Part shown: positions 26,989-34,879 of the stretch, piece after piece | Position numbering within the stretch: position 1 is the first letter of the stretch | How the letters are laid out: the number at the start of each line of letters is the position of its first letter | DNA from: Candidatus Kaiserbacteria bacterium | Lineage (GTDB): Bacteria; Patescibacteriota; Minisyncoccia; Phycocordibacterales; Phycocordibacteraceae | Assembly: GCA_027451665.1 (NCBI GenBank) | Contig: DAIDIW010000002.1 | Span: 146,766 to 210,765 of the forward strand | Direction: 5' to 3' | DNA length: 64,000 nt | Position numbers and translations under genes: made by a program | Notes under the pieces: generated by a model | Seen by the model: only the letters and a program-made list of their open reading frames with translations | Told to the model about the DNA's origin: nothing | Database searches by the model: none

Positions 26989-27660
26989 CTAAAGCCAGTC
27001 GATCGGCGCGGAGCCATTCGCCTCGAGGTATTCGTTCGCCTTCTTGAAGTGACCGTTACCAAAGAATCCGCTATTAGCTGAGAATGGCGAAGGATGCGCA
27101 CTCTCGAGCACGAGATGTTTAGTGGGGTCGATATGCGCGCCTTTCTGCTTCGCATAGTTCCCCCAGAGCATAAAGACAAGATGCTCGCGTTTGTCGGAAA
27201 GGGCTTTCACAGCTGCATCGGTGAACGTCTCCCACCCTTTCCCCTGATGCGAACCGGCCAGATGAGCGCGAACGGTAAGAGTCGCGTTCAGGAGTAACAC
27301 ACCTTGGGTCGCCCAGCGCTCGAGGCTGCCGTCACGATGGATCATCGACGCGCCGTATTCATCCTCAATCTCTTTGAAGATGTTCTGGAGCGAGGGGGGT
27401 AAGCGCTGTCCTTGGTCCACAGCGAAGCAGAGCCCGTTCGCCTCGTTGGGACCGTGGTACGGATCTTGCCCGAGAATGACGACTTTCACCTTGTCGAAGG
27501 GACAGAGGTCGAACGCGCGGAAGATAGCGCGCGGCGGCGGGTAGACCGCCTCAGTCTCATATTCGCGCTTCACGAACGCAGCCAGTTCCTTGAAGTACGG
27601 CTGCTCGAATTCAGCCGAAAGGCGCATCTTCCAGGAAGGATCTATACGGACCTCACGCAT
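26989..27660 (-). CDS. ung: uracil-DNA glycosylase (family 1)
   Basis: VVILGQDPYHGPNEANGLCFAV (GQDPYH water-activating loop) and HPSPFSANSGF (HPSPLS leucine loop). Confidence 0.9.
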   Translation of the reverse strand: MREVRIDPSWKMRLSAEFEQPYFKELAAFVKREYETEAVYPPPRAIFRAFDLCPFDKVKVVILGQDPYHGPNEANGLCFAVDQGQRLPPSLQNIFKEIEDEYGASMIHRDGSLERWATQGVLLLNATLTVRAHLAGSHQGKGWETFTDAAVKALSDKREHLVFMLWGNYAKQKGAHIDPTKHLVLESAHPSPFSANSGFFGNGHFKKANEYLEANGSAPIDWL

Positions 27661-27665
27661 GGCAG

Positions 27666-28463
27666 CTACTGTTTCCGCTTGCGATGCTCGCGCAATAACG
27701 TCTTACCGGCAGCTTCCCGGTAGCTGCAGAAATCGCACGGGCCGCCGCCAAATGAGGTGCCCGATGCTGGAATGTCGTCACTCACGAGCATCGACTTGAG
27801 GCTAAACAAAAGCGGTTCAATCCACTCCTGCGCGCCGATATACGGGATCAGCTTCACGTCAAATTCAAGCTTACCGTCGAAGGCCGGCGCATCTGAATTG
27901 CCGTTCACATACACGAAATAACCGGTCGGAGAAACGGAAAAGCCGTTCATACGGAACAGCCACTGGTAGATCTCCATCTGTCGCTTATACGAATCGTACA
28001 GATCATCTTCGGTAGACGGTCCGATCTTCTTACTCGTCGCCTTGTAGTCAACGATGATAAGCTCTCCAGCCGGTGTTTCCCATACATCGTCGACGCCGCC
28101 TCGAATGATGAGATCCGTCGGTTCGTGATGATATGCGATACCTCGCTTCAGCGCGTCGCGCCACTCCTCGAGCCGTTCGTCCGCGCAAGGTACCGCTTCG
28201 ATGCCATAGGCCTGCATAAGAGGATGCGGCTTGCCCTCGGCGCGATGAACGTCAAATTCGCGTTTGAGAAGCTCGTCGACCGCGTTATTCAGCGTGAACG
28301 AAGGTCCAGAAGGTCGCTTAACGCCGAACTTAAGGTCGAGGTAGGCGCAGCGAGGGCATTCAGCGAACAGGTCGAGCTTCGAGCGGCTCACGACGAACGG
28401 GCCGCCTTTAGGATCGTACGGCCCCCAGAGCTTCTTGGCTTTTGCAAGAGCGGACGTCGTCAT
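27666..28463 (-). CDS. Cas4-like / RecB-family PD-(D/E)xK nuclease with putative 4-Cys Fe-S cluster
   Basis: N-terminal SKLDLFAECPRCAYL, IIVDYKAT (D-x-K core), QMEIYQWLF (QhxxY motif), C-terminal CDFC. One CxxC at each end gives the four Cys arrangement of Cas4/AddB Fe-S domains. No CRISPR repeats nearby. Confidence 0.6.
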   Translation of the reverse strand: MTTSALAKAKKLWGPYDPKGGPFVVSRSKLDLFAECPRCAYLDLKFGVKRPSGPSFTLNNAVDELLKREFDVHRAEGKPHPLMQAYGIEAVPCADERLEEWRDALKRGIAYHHEPTDLIIRGGVDDVWETPAGELIIVDYKATSKKIGPSTEDDLYDSYKRQMEIYQWLFRMNGFSVSPTGYFVYVNGNSDAPAFDGKLEFDVKLIPYIGAQEWIEPLLFSLKSMLVSDDIPASGTSFGGGPCDFCSYREAAGKTLLREHRKRKQ

Positions 28464-28984
28464 CGTGTCGTGAAGTAAGCGATGACCGGTTGGCCCGTAT
28501 CGAAATCAACGTAAACGCTATCTGTCGAGAGATCGAAGGTATTACTGCCTCCGTCCCGATAGAGCTCAATAGCGTATGTGCCGCCTGGAACCGTTGCGCG
28601 CAAAAGCGGGACCGTAAAATCTGTTCGAGGACCGCCAGCGTGCGCGGCGCCAAGTACGTTTCCGAGCGCGTCGTCATCGACTTCGCGGACGGCAACCCAG
28701 ACGCCAGGAGGCGGGATGGTAACTGAAGCAACAGTCACAGTATTACCTGCCGGTTGATCGGTAACCGATACGACACCGCTCGGTGTGCTTACAAGCGGGC
28801 TCGAAGACGCGGCCGGAGCCTGTGCTGCCGCATTAGGAGGAGTCGCCGGCGTCGCGTAAAACCAAGCGGTAAGAAGCAGCGCGCCGAGGATGAGGCCCCC
28901 GACAAAGGATGTGAGTGAGAACTCTCGCATCGTCATACGCACATACCTTAACACATCAGCGCTCGAGAGCCGGAACTCCCTCAT
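28460..28984 (-). CDS. hypothetical membrane-anchored extracytoplasmic protein
   Basis: TM FVGGLILGALLLTAWFYA followed by a beta-rich domain; 4-nt overlap with the downstream nuclease gene. Confidence 0.4.
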   Translation of the reverse strand: MREFRLSSADVLRYVRMTMREFSLTSFVGGLILGALLLTAWFYATPATPPNAAAQAPAASSSPLVSTPSGVVSVTDQPAGNTVTVASVTIPPPGVWVAVREVDDDALGNVLGAAHAGGPRTDFTVPLLRATVPGGTYAIELYRDGGSNTFDLSTDSVYVDFDTGQPVIAYFTTR

Positions 28985-29825
28985 GAGGCATAGCGAGCAG
29001 CCCTTCGGCCTCGGCGAGCAGCTCGCCTACCCCCTCGGGTGCCAAGTGGAGAGGATCGAGCAACGTGCGGTCCGCGACGATCTGGTCTACTGCCACGACA
29101 CGAGCATCAATGAGTAGCCGTTTTTCGGCTCTCGAGAGGCTGGTGAGCGCGGTGATTGGGTAGACGCGGGCGCGGTACATGCGCGTAAGGAGGCAGTCCT
29201 GCCGCGGATAGCTCCAGCCTAGGAGCTCAACGCCTGCACACTCGGCGTATGCGATCGCCTCGCTCGTGAATTTAGTGTTCGTCACAAGAAGGCCGCGATC
29301 GATGGGGCAGGTACGTTCGGCGGGATCACAGGCGAAGATGTCATCGAACCGGCTCTTCACATAGAGCGCAACCTTGAGATCTGTTTTGTAGCCCGGATCG
29401 TTGTGATACTTGAGCTCGGCCGCCAGATATTCCCCGCGTCCCGGATGCGACGCATAGAAGTCGGTCTCATGCGTCACGCACTTGCCCCTTATGAGTTTTC
29501 GTGTCTCGACCGTCCAACCTTCAGCTGCGAAAAGATGCGAGACGAAGTCCTCGAACGGATGTCCGGAGGGCCCGAATTCCAGCATCGCGCGACGAAGCGC
29601 ATAGCGCGCCGCTACGGGGCGGCCTTCCTTGCGCAAGAGCGAAAAAGCGCGTGCATAGACTTCTTTCGAAGTGGTGCCCGCAACGATCGTCGAGCGAATC
29701 TGCTCCGAAATATCCTCCGCGGCGCGTGTCGCTGCGCCGGCACGGCGCAGCGACGACACGAGACGCTCCGGATCGAATGCCTCGGTCGTCCCGTCTGCCT
29801 TGATGATGGGAGGAAGCGCGCTCAT
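28956..29825 (-). CDS. ATP-cone domain fused to restriction-endonuclease-like (Mrr-cat type) domain
   Basis: N-terminal IIKADGTTEAFDPERL ... matches the ATP-cone consensus (VIKRDGxxExFdxxKI) of NrdR/NrdA. Central FEDFVSHLFAAEGW...D...GID-like region resembles the Mrr N-terminal catalytic fold. ATGA overlap with the upstream gene. Confidence 0.5.
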   Translation of the reverse strand: MSALPPIIKADGTTEAFDPERLVSSLRRAGAATRAAEDISEQIRSTIVAGTTSKEVYARAFSLLRKEGRPVAARYALRRAMLEFGPSGHPFEDFVSHLFAAEGWTVETRKLIRGKCVTHETDFYASHPGRGEYLAAELKYHNDPGYKTDLKVALYVKSRFDDIFACDPAERTCPIDRGLLVTNTKFTSEAIAYAECAGVELLGWSYPRQDCLLTRMYRARVYPITALTSLSRAEKRLLIDARVVAVDQIVADRTLLDPLHLAPEGVGELLAEAEGLLAMPHEGVPALER

Positions 29826-30229
29826 TGGACGGTCGTGCTTGCGGCTATCCCGTTCACGGTAACGACGACGGGCGCCCCCTTAGGGGCTACGACGGTCGTC
29901 GAGAACGGTATCTGCGTAGGAAGTTCGAGACACACGCCCGAATCGGGAGGCATATCAAGCGAGAGCGCTATCGAGGTGCTGGACGCTTTGGTCGTCGTTG
30001 CGTACGCGGTCACCGTCGCGCAAGCATCAGGCGCGAGTACGGCCCCTGCAAGCGTATGCGTGCCTCGGCGGTAGGTATCCGTGTAGGTCACTGAAGGCGT
30101 CGTCGTCGCAGGCGCCGGTGCACGGGCCACTTGCCCCAAATCCCTCGTATGCGGTACTGAGAGGGCGAACCCGCCAAGAATAAGTATCCCAATGATTCCT
30201 GCCGCGGTCCAGAAGCGCTTTGTTTGCAT
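29822..30229 (-). CDS. hypothetical small membrane-anchored protein
   Basis: Likely start at MQTKRFWTAAGIIGILILGG (internal ATG about 30228); the track ORF upstream part overlaps the mnmA C-terminus. Thr-rich extracytoplasmic tail. Confidence 0.35.
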   Translation of the reverse strand: MQTKRFWTAAGIIGILILGGFALSVPHTRDLGQVARAPAPATTTPSVTYTDTYRRGTHTLAGAVLAPDACATVTAYATTTKASSTSIALSLDMPPDSGVCLELPTQIPFSTTVVAPKGAPVVVTVNGIAASTTVQ

Positions 30230-30272
30230 ATCGCGATAGTAGCACAGGCGTCCGAGCCTCCGACAGACGCAC

Positions 30273-31268
30273 TCACGAAAGAATCGCGCCGCCCACGAGC
30301 GCGTTGTCCGCGTCATAAAAAACGATGGACTGGCCGGGTGCGTATGGCTCCGACAGGAGTTCATGAGGAATGAAGTGCGAAGTCTCGACGATTCCTCGTA
30401 TGCGCGGCCCTCGGTAGCGCAGTTGCGCCGCTACGGCGCGGTCCGGATCCTGTATCCAATTTTCATAATCGTAGGAGAGCGGCGCAATCGGTTGTGGATT
30501 TCGTTCGTGCGCGACGACGAGACGATTCTGCGTCATATCCTTCGCGCGGACAAACCACGGACCTGGCTGCTTGGTATCGAAAAGCGCGATGCGTTCGCCG
30601 AGCGTGTAGAGAACAGCACCTTCGTGGCGGCCGATCCGTATCCCTTCGGTATCGTATGCGTCGCCCGGGTCCGGATGAAAGGTCTGCCGAAGGAATTCGT
30701 CCACTGAAATATCGCCGAGGAAGCAAACCCCTTGCGAGTCGGGTTTCTCGGCTATGGGTAAGCCATATGCGCGTGCAAGTGCGCGCACCTCTTCCTTTGT
30801 CTTTCCCTTGAGCGGGAACATGAGCGCCTTCCACGTCGTCTTTGGTATGGCCCAGAGGAAATAACGCTGATCCTTTTCGCCATCAAGATAATGGCCTGTC
30901 GCGAGGTAATCGGCGCCATGTTCCTGCGCGAATGCGTAAAGCACGCCGAATTTTACCTCGCGATTGCACATCACGTCAGGATTCGGCGTACGTCCGGCTC
31001 CGTATTCCTTGATAAGGTAGTCGATCACGGCGCGCTTATAGGCTTCGCGCGCGTCGAGTGTCATGAACGGAAGCTGGAGGCGCGCTGCCACGCGCATCGC
31101 GTCGCGGCGATCTTCCGCCCAAGTACAAGGCATGCCGGGGGGGTACCACCCCTTTACGAATACCGCATACACGTCAGCGCCGGCTTCCTTAATGAGCGCT
31201 GCGCTCACAGCCGAATCCACGCCGCCTGAGAGCCCTACGAACACGCGCTTTCCGCGGAGGTCCTGCAT
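30273..31268 (-). CDS. mnmA: tRNA-specific 2-thiouridylase MnmA
   Basis: VFVGLSGGVDSAVSAALIKEAGADVYAVFVKGWY (PP-loop SGGxDS), catalytic Cys context, 331 aa. Confidence 0.85.
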   Translation of the reverse strand: MQDLRGKRVFVGLSGGVDSAVSAALIKEAGADVYAVFVKGWYPPGMPCTWAEDRRDAMRVAARLQLPFMTLDAREAYKRAVIDYLIKEYGAGRTPNPDVMCNREVKFGVLYAFAQEHGADYLATGHYLDGEKDQRYFLWAIPKTTWKALMFPLKGKTKEEVRALARAYGLPIAEKPDSQGVCFLGDISVDEFLRQTFHPDPGDAYDTEGIRIGRHEGAVLYTLGERIALFDTKQPGPWFVRAKDMTQNRLVVAHERNPQPIAPLSYDYENWIQDPDRAVAAQLRYRGPRIRGIVETSHFIPHELLSEPYAPGQSIVFYDADNALVGGAILS

Positions 31269-31308
31269 GGAGCCATCCTACGGAGCATAGGTGTTCCATG
31301 CAACCGCG

Positions 31309-32316
31309 CTATGAGTGGAGATAGAGCCGCTGATTCGCAAGCTGCTCGGGATACGTCCTCGCATAATGCATGAGGCCGTCCGTCCCGGTGAGATAATAGA
31401 GATCATCAGTCTTGGCAGGCTCAGCGGCCGCAGTAAGTGAATCGAGCCCCGGATTATCGATCGGGCCGGGCGGGAGTCCCCTGTGGAGGTAGGTATTGTA
31501 AGGGGAGTCGACCCCGAGATCTACAAGCGAAGGCGCGTAGGTGCTTCGATTGAAGATGAAACCGAAGACGGCATCAACCTGAAGCGGCATGCCATCATTG
31601 ATACGATTCCACAAGATACCGGACACCATCCGCCGAGAATCGGGCGTACGCGCCTCCTTCTCTATAAGCGATGCCATGATCACTATTTGGGAAAGAGTGT
31701 GTCCGGACGCGTGAATCGCCGACAAAAGTGACGCAATCTTAGCATTAAAGTTATCATGCATAGTCTTGACGATGGTTTGAGCGGTTGCATCCGGCGGAAA
31801 AAGATACGTGTCTGGGAAGAGATAACCTTCGTCTGGACCGGCGACCGTAATAAAATCAGATACCGATATCCCCGGATACGCGGCCGCAACCTTCGCCGCC
31901 ATATCACGCACGGTCTCGCCTTCTGCAAAGGTTATGCGAGTCGGCGGGATACCGAAGATTCCCGCACCGAGGCGCGACGCGACGCGAAACATGTCCTCGG
32001 GATACGTGAGGCGGTAAGGGCCGGGGTGAATGTGCGCACTCGCCCCTGTAAACCGTAAGAGATATCGGAACGCAAGCGCTGAGCGCACGACGTGATCTCG
32101 CGCGAGCACCTGCGCCACCTCCTCAGCCGAAGCGCCTTGAGGAATTGTGACTAACGAGTCGCGCGGATACCCTGCAGGAGGCGAAGCGAGAAGCCAGTAC
32201 GCGAAAGCAACCACGAGGACAAAGGCGCACACGATTGCCCAGATCGCGCGGTAGCGGATGAAATGGGCGCTTAAGCTCGACCGCGCAGCGGCGATGATGC
32301 GTGAAAGGTAGCCCAT
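31309..32316 (-). CDS. mltG: endolytic murein transglycosylase MltG (YceG family)
   Basis: N-terminal TM, YceG-like domain with GYLFPDTYLFP and IVIMASLIEKEA; 335 aa. Confidence 0.8.
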   Translation of the reverse strand: MGYLSRIIAAARSSLSAHFIRYRAIWAIVCAFVLVVAFAYWLLASPPAGYPRDSLVTIPQGASAEEVAQVLARDHVVRSALAFRYLLRFTGASAHIHPGPYRLTYPEDMFRVASRLGAGIFGIPPTRITFAEGETVRDMAAKVAAAYPGISVSDFITVAGPDEGYLFPDTYLFPPDATAQTIVKTMHDNFNAKIASLLSAIHASGHTLSQIVIMASLIEKEARTPDSRRMVSGILWNRINDGMPLQVDAVFGFIFNRSTYAPSLVDLGVDSPYNTYLHRGLPPGPIDNPGLDSLTAAAEPAKTDDLYYLTGTDGLMHYARTYPEQLANQRLYLHS

Positions 32317-32319
32317 GCG

Positions 32320-33690
32320 CTAGGTGGGCAGATTTGCCGGTGCCTCGCTTGTTGAAGACTCGATCCGCGTGAGGCTTGGGGTTGCGACTGCAGCAGAAGG
32401 TATATGGAAGATCGTCGCGAGCTCCTCGGTGCTCATCACCATGGGGTCCGGCATCTTGAACGGGTCATGGAAATACTGACGACGGCGATACGCTTCGACA
32501 AGCTCGCGGCGAAAGACGTCCTTACGCTTCTCGTTGCCTATTTCCCAGGGATAATCGCTGAACATGATGCCGAAGTGGGCTGCCTTGAATCCGTTCCGGT
32601 CCTCCGCGTTGAACGGTTTCCAAAGCGAAATCATTCCCGTGATATTGACCGGATCGAAGGCATCAGGTTCTGCAACATAAACGCCTCGGATACCGACATC
32701 GAACGCAAGTTTTGAGACGTTGCGTTCTATTGCCGCGATCTTCTCGCTCTGCCCCTTCGTCGGGTTTGGGAATCCTTCAGTCTCGCGCATCTCTCCGCTA
32801 AATACGTCGCGATACGCAAAAGTACGGACCGTCTCCTTCCGGATATCATCGACGAGTTCGAGAGCCTTATCGCGCCAGGTATACGGTTTGCCGTCAGGCT
32901 TCATTTTCCCGTACTTCTCCCCTGCATGGATGCGGAAGATAATCTGGAGCCAGAAGTTCTCGCCCGGCCCCATCGAGCCGAGAAATTCGGTCAAGTGGGC
33001 AAACGGGTCAACCTGTTCGTTCTCCTTTTGTGTCTTATCAAGCCCGTAATCAACATAGGTCTTGATGGGTATGGGGTCGTTCTTATCCGTATGTTTGAAG
33101 TCGCAACCCCAGACGCCGTATTCCTCGGGTTTCGCGCTTATAAACCGCGTGTAATCCTCCACCTCGACGAGCTGCACACCGGGGTATTGGGCATAGAATG
33201 CATTCTCGACGAGCTTCCTAAAGTTCTCGCGCGTCCAGATATAGAAGTGCACTTGTCCACCGAACGAGACGAGCTCGATCGACCAATAGGGACGGACCTG
33301 TCCCTGAATATACTTTTGATACCAGTTACTTTCCCCTTTCGTGTAGTGAATCGCGGAGAATACCGCCTCCATCGCAAGCGGCGTTTTCGCCAGATTGCGT
33401 GGCGGACGAATTTCAAGCAGTACTACCTTTTGCTTCGCGATGAACTCGGACCGGGCAAGCAGAAGCCAGGTATGCCACGAGGCGTCAAGAATGACGGCAG
33501 GGAGCCACAGTGGCGAGAGAAAAAGCGCAAGCTCGATGCCGTGGACGGTGGCGTACGGGAAGAAAACGTAAAAGGTGAAGATTCCAACGAGGCCGCCAAT
33601 GAAAGGCGGCCAGGAGAATGGTCGCACGCCCGCTTTATCGCGCGATTTGTCGACGAGTTCCTCGAGCTCTTCAAAAAACGGTAGGTGCAT
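32320..33690 (-). CDS. conserved hypothetical protein, 456 aa, N-terminal two TM helices plus large cytoplasmic domain
   Basis: No recognisable catalytic motif. Features: FIGGLVGIFTFYVFFPY / LALFLSPLWLPAVIL TM pair, then VVLLEIRPPRN...PLAMEAVFSAIHY and a Trp/Tyr-rich globular region. Confidence 0.5.
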   Translation of the reverse strand: MHLPFFEELEELVDKSRDKAGVRPFSWPPFIGGLVGIFTFYVFFPYATVHGIELALFLSPLWLPAVILDASWHTWLLLARSEFIAKQKVVLLEIRPPRNLAKTPLAMEAVFSAIHYTKGESNWYQKYIQGQVRPYWSIELVSFGGQVHFYIWTRENFRKLVENAFYAQYPGVQLVEVEDYTRFISAKPEEYGVWGCDFKHTDKNDPIPIKTYVDYGLDKTQKENEQVDPFAHLTEFLGSMGPGENFWLQIIFRIHAGEKYGKMKPDGKPYTWRDKALELVDDIRKETVRTFAYRDVFSGEMRETEGFPNPTKGQSEKIAAIERNVSKLAFDVGIRGVYVAEPDAFDPVNITGMISLWKPFNAEDRNGFKAAHFGIMFSDYPWEIGNEKRKDVFRRELVEAYRRRQYFHDPFKMPDPMVMSTEELATIFHIPSAAVATPSLTRIESSTSEAPANLPT

Positions 33691-33762
33691 GGTTGCGTTG
33701 CACCTAGTGTAGCAGAAACGCGCACCGCTTGAGACAAAGCAGCCCGCGTTCGTGTGAATTGA

Positions 33763-34833
33763 TTACGCTACGGTGTACGTGCCGTCCTTCGTGCGCTTGA
33801 AATGCTTCGGGTCATTCAGATTAACGAGGATGGTATTGTCTTTCACGATACGCGCTTTCTTCACGCGCTTCACAATGTCTTCCTTCGTGAGAGGGCCGGA
33901 TTCCTCAAGGACCTCGCGGATGACATCGCGTACGACGCCTGGCTTATAGCCCCATTCGGTGAGCGCATAGAGACCACGACCGACAAGCACGAAACGCGGA
34001 TCCTTGATGAGCTCGTTGTGCGTGGTGGCGACATGCGCTTTCTTAGAGAAGGTCGTCGTGATTGTCTTTGCTACATCCGCAAAGTGCATGGGCTCGCCTT
34101 TTCGCTTAATCGTAAGATACGCGTAATCCCGTATCCCCTTCGTACGTATGGCCGGCGCTGATACGCGGCCCCATTCGGACAGCGGATTCCTGCCGAGCTT
34201 TTTCGAAAGCGAGAGCCACCGCTTCAATACTTCCTCGTCGCGGTAGGCGTCATTCACGTTCTTAAGCTCATCGAGGAAGCGGTCGAGAAGTTCCGATTCC
34301 GGAACGATCTCGTCATCTTTGAGCGACCCGTAGAGTGCGGTCAGGGCTTCATGGATTTTCTTCGCGGTTGCAGCATCGATATGCCAGCGCGCGAGGAACT
34401 CATCAGTCTCGCGTTCGCGATAAAACGCTGAACCGAGCATGAGGAGAAAACGGAACCGGTTACGGCCCTTCTCATCGGTCGCGAGCGATTCCAACAGCTC
34501 TTCCTCTGACACCATGGCGCCGAGTTGGTCGATATGATCGGCAAGCTCCTCAAACGCGCCGGACGCATCCTTGAATGCAACACTTGCGCGGATCGATTCG
34601 AGGCCTGCGGCCTCGATCTGACGCACGCGTTCACGTGTGATGCCTGACCGATCGCCGATCGCCTCGAGCGTCTCGCGCTTCGTATTCGCTCCTAGCCCGA
34701 AGCGGCGCACGAGCACGTCGCGCGGACGTTCTGCGGCAGCCGCAAGAAGTTTCTTCACGACGGCTACGCTGTCAAACGTGAAGGTGGTCCTGCTTCGACC
34801 CGGCGTCAGCTTCGTCTTGTTTTTCATAGGCAT
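33763..34833 (-). CDS. DNA-binding protein with sigma-70 region-4-like HTH and C-terminal HARE-HTH-like domain
   Basis: DVLVRRFGLG...ETLEAIGDRSGITRERVRQIEAAGLESIR is a sigma-70 r4 / LuxR-like HTH. C-terminal VLVGRGLYALTEWGY matches the G-R-G-x-Y-x-L-x-E-W hallmark of HARE-HTH. Start at ATG 34833 (MPMKNKTK). Confidence 0.55.
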   Translation of the reverse strand: MPMKNKTKLTPGRSRTTFTFDSVAVVKKLLAAAAERPRDVLVRRFGLGANTKRETLEAIGDRSGITRERVRQIEAAGLESIRASVAFKDASGAFEELADHIDQLGAMVSEEELLESLATDEKGRNRFRFLLMLGSAFYRERETDEFLARWHIDAATAKKIHEALTALYGSLKDDEIVPESELLDRFLDELKNVNDAYRDEEVLKRWLSLSKKLGRNPLSEWGRVSAPAIRTKGIRDYAYLTIKRKGEPMHFADVAKTITTTFSKKAHVATTHNELIKDPRFVLVGRGLYALTEWGYKPGVVRDVIREVLEESGPLTKEDIVKRVKKARIVKDNTILVNLNDPKHFKRTKDGTYTVA

Positions 34834-34879
34834 GTGGTCTAGTTTATAGCAAATGTTTCGAGAATCGTCAATTTTGTGG

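Noticed and set aside
27666-28463. Cas4-like nuclease as evidence for a CRISPR-Cas locus.
   Set aside because: No direct-repeat array and no other cas genes anywhere in the 64 kb. Stand-alone Cas4/RecB-like nucleases are common outside CRISPR loci.
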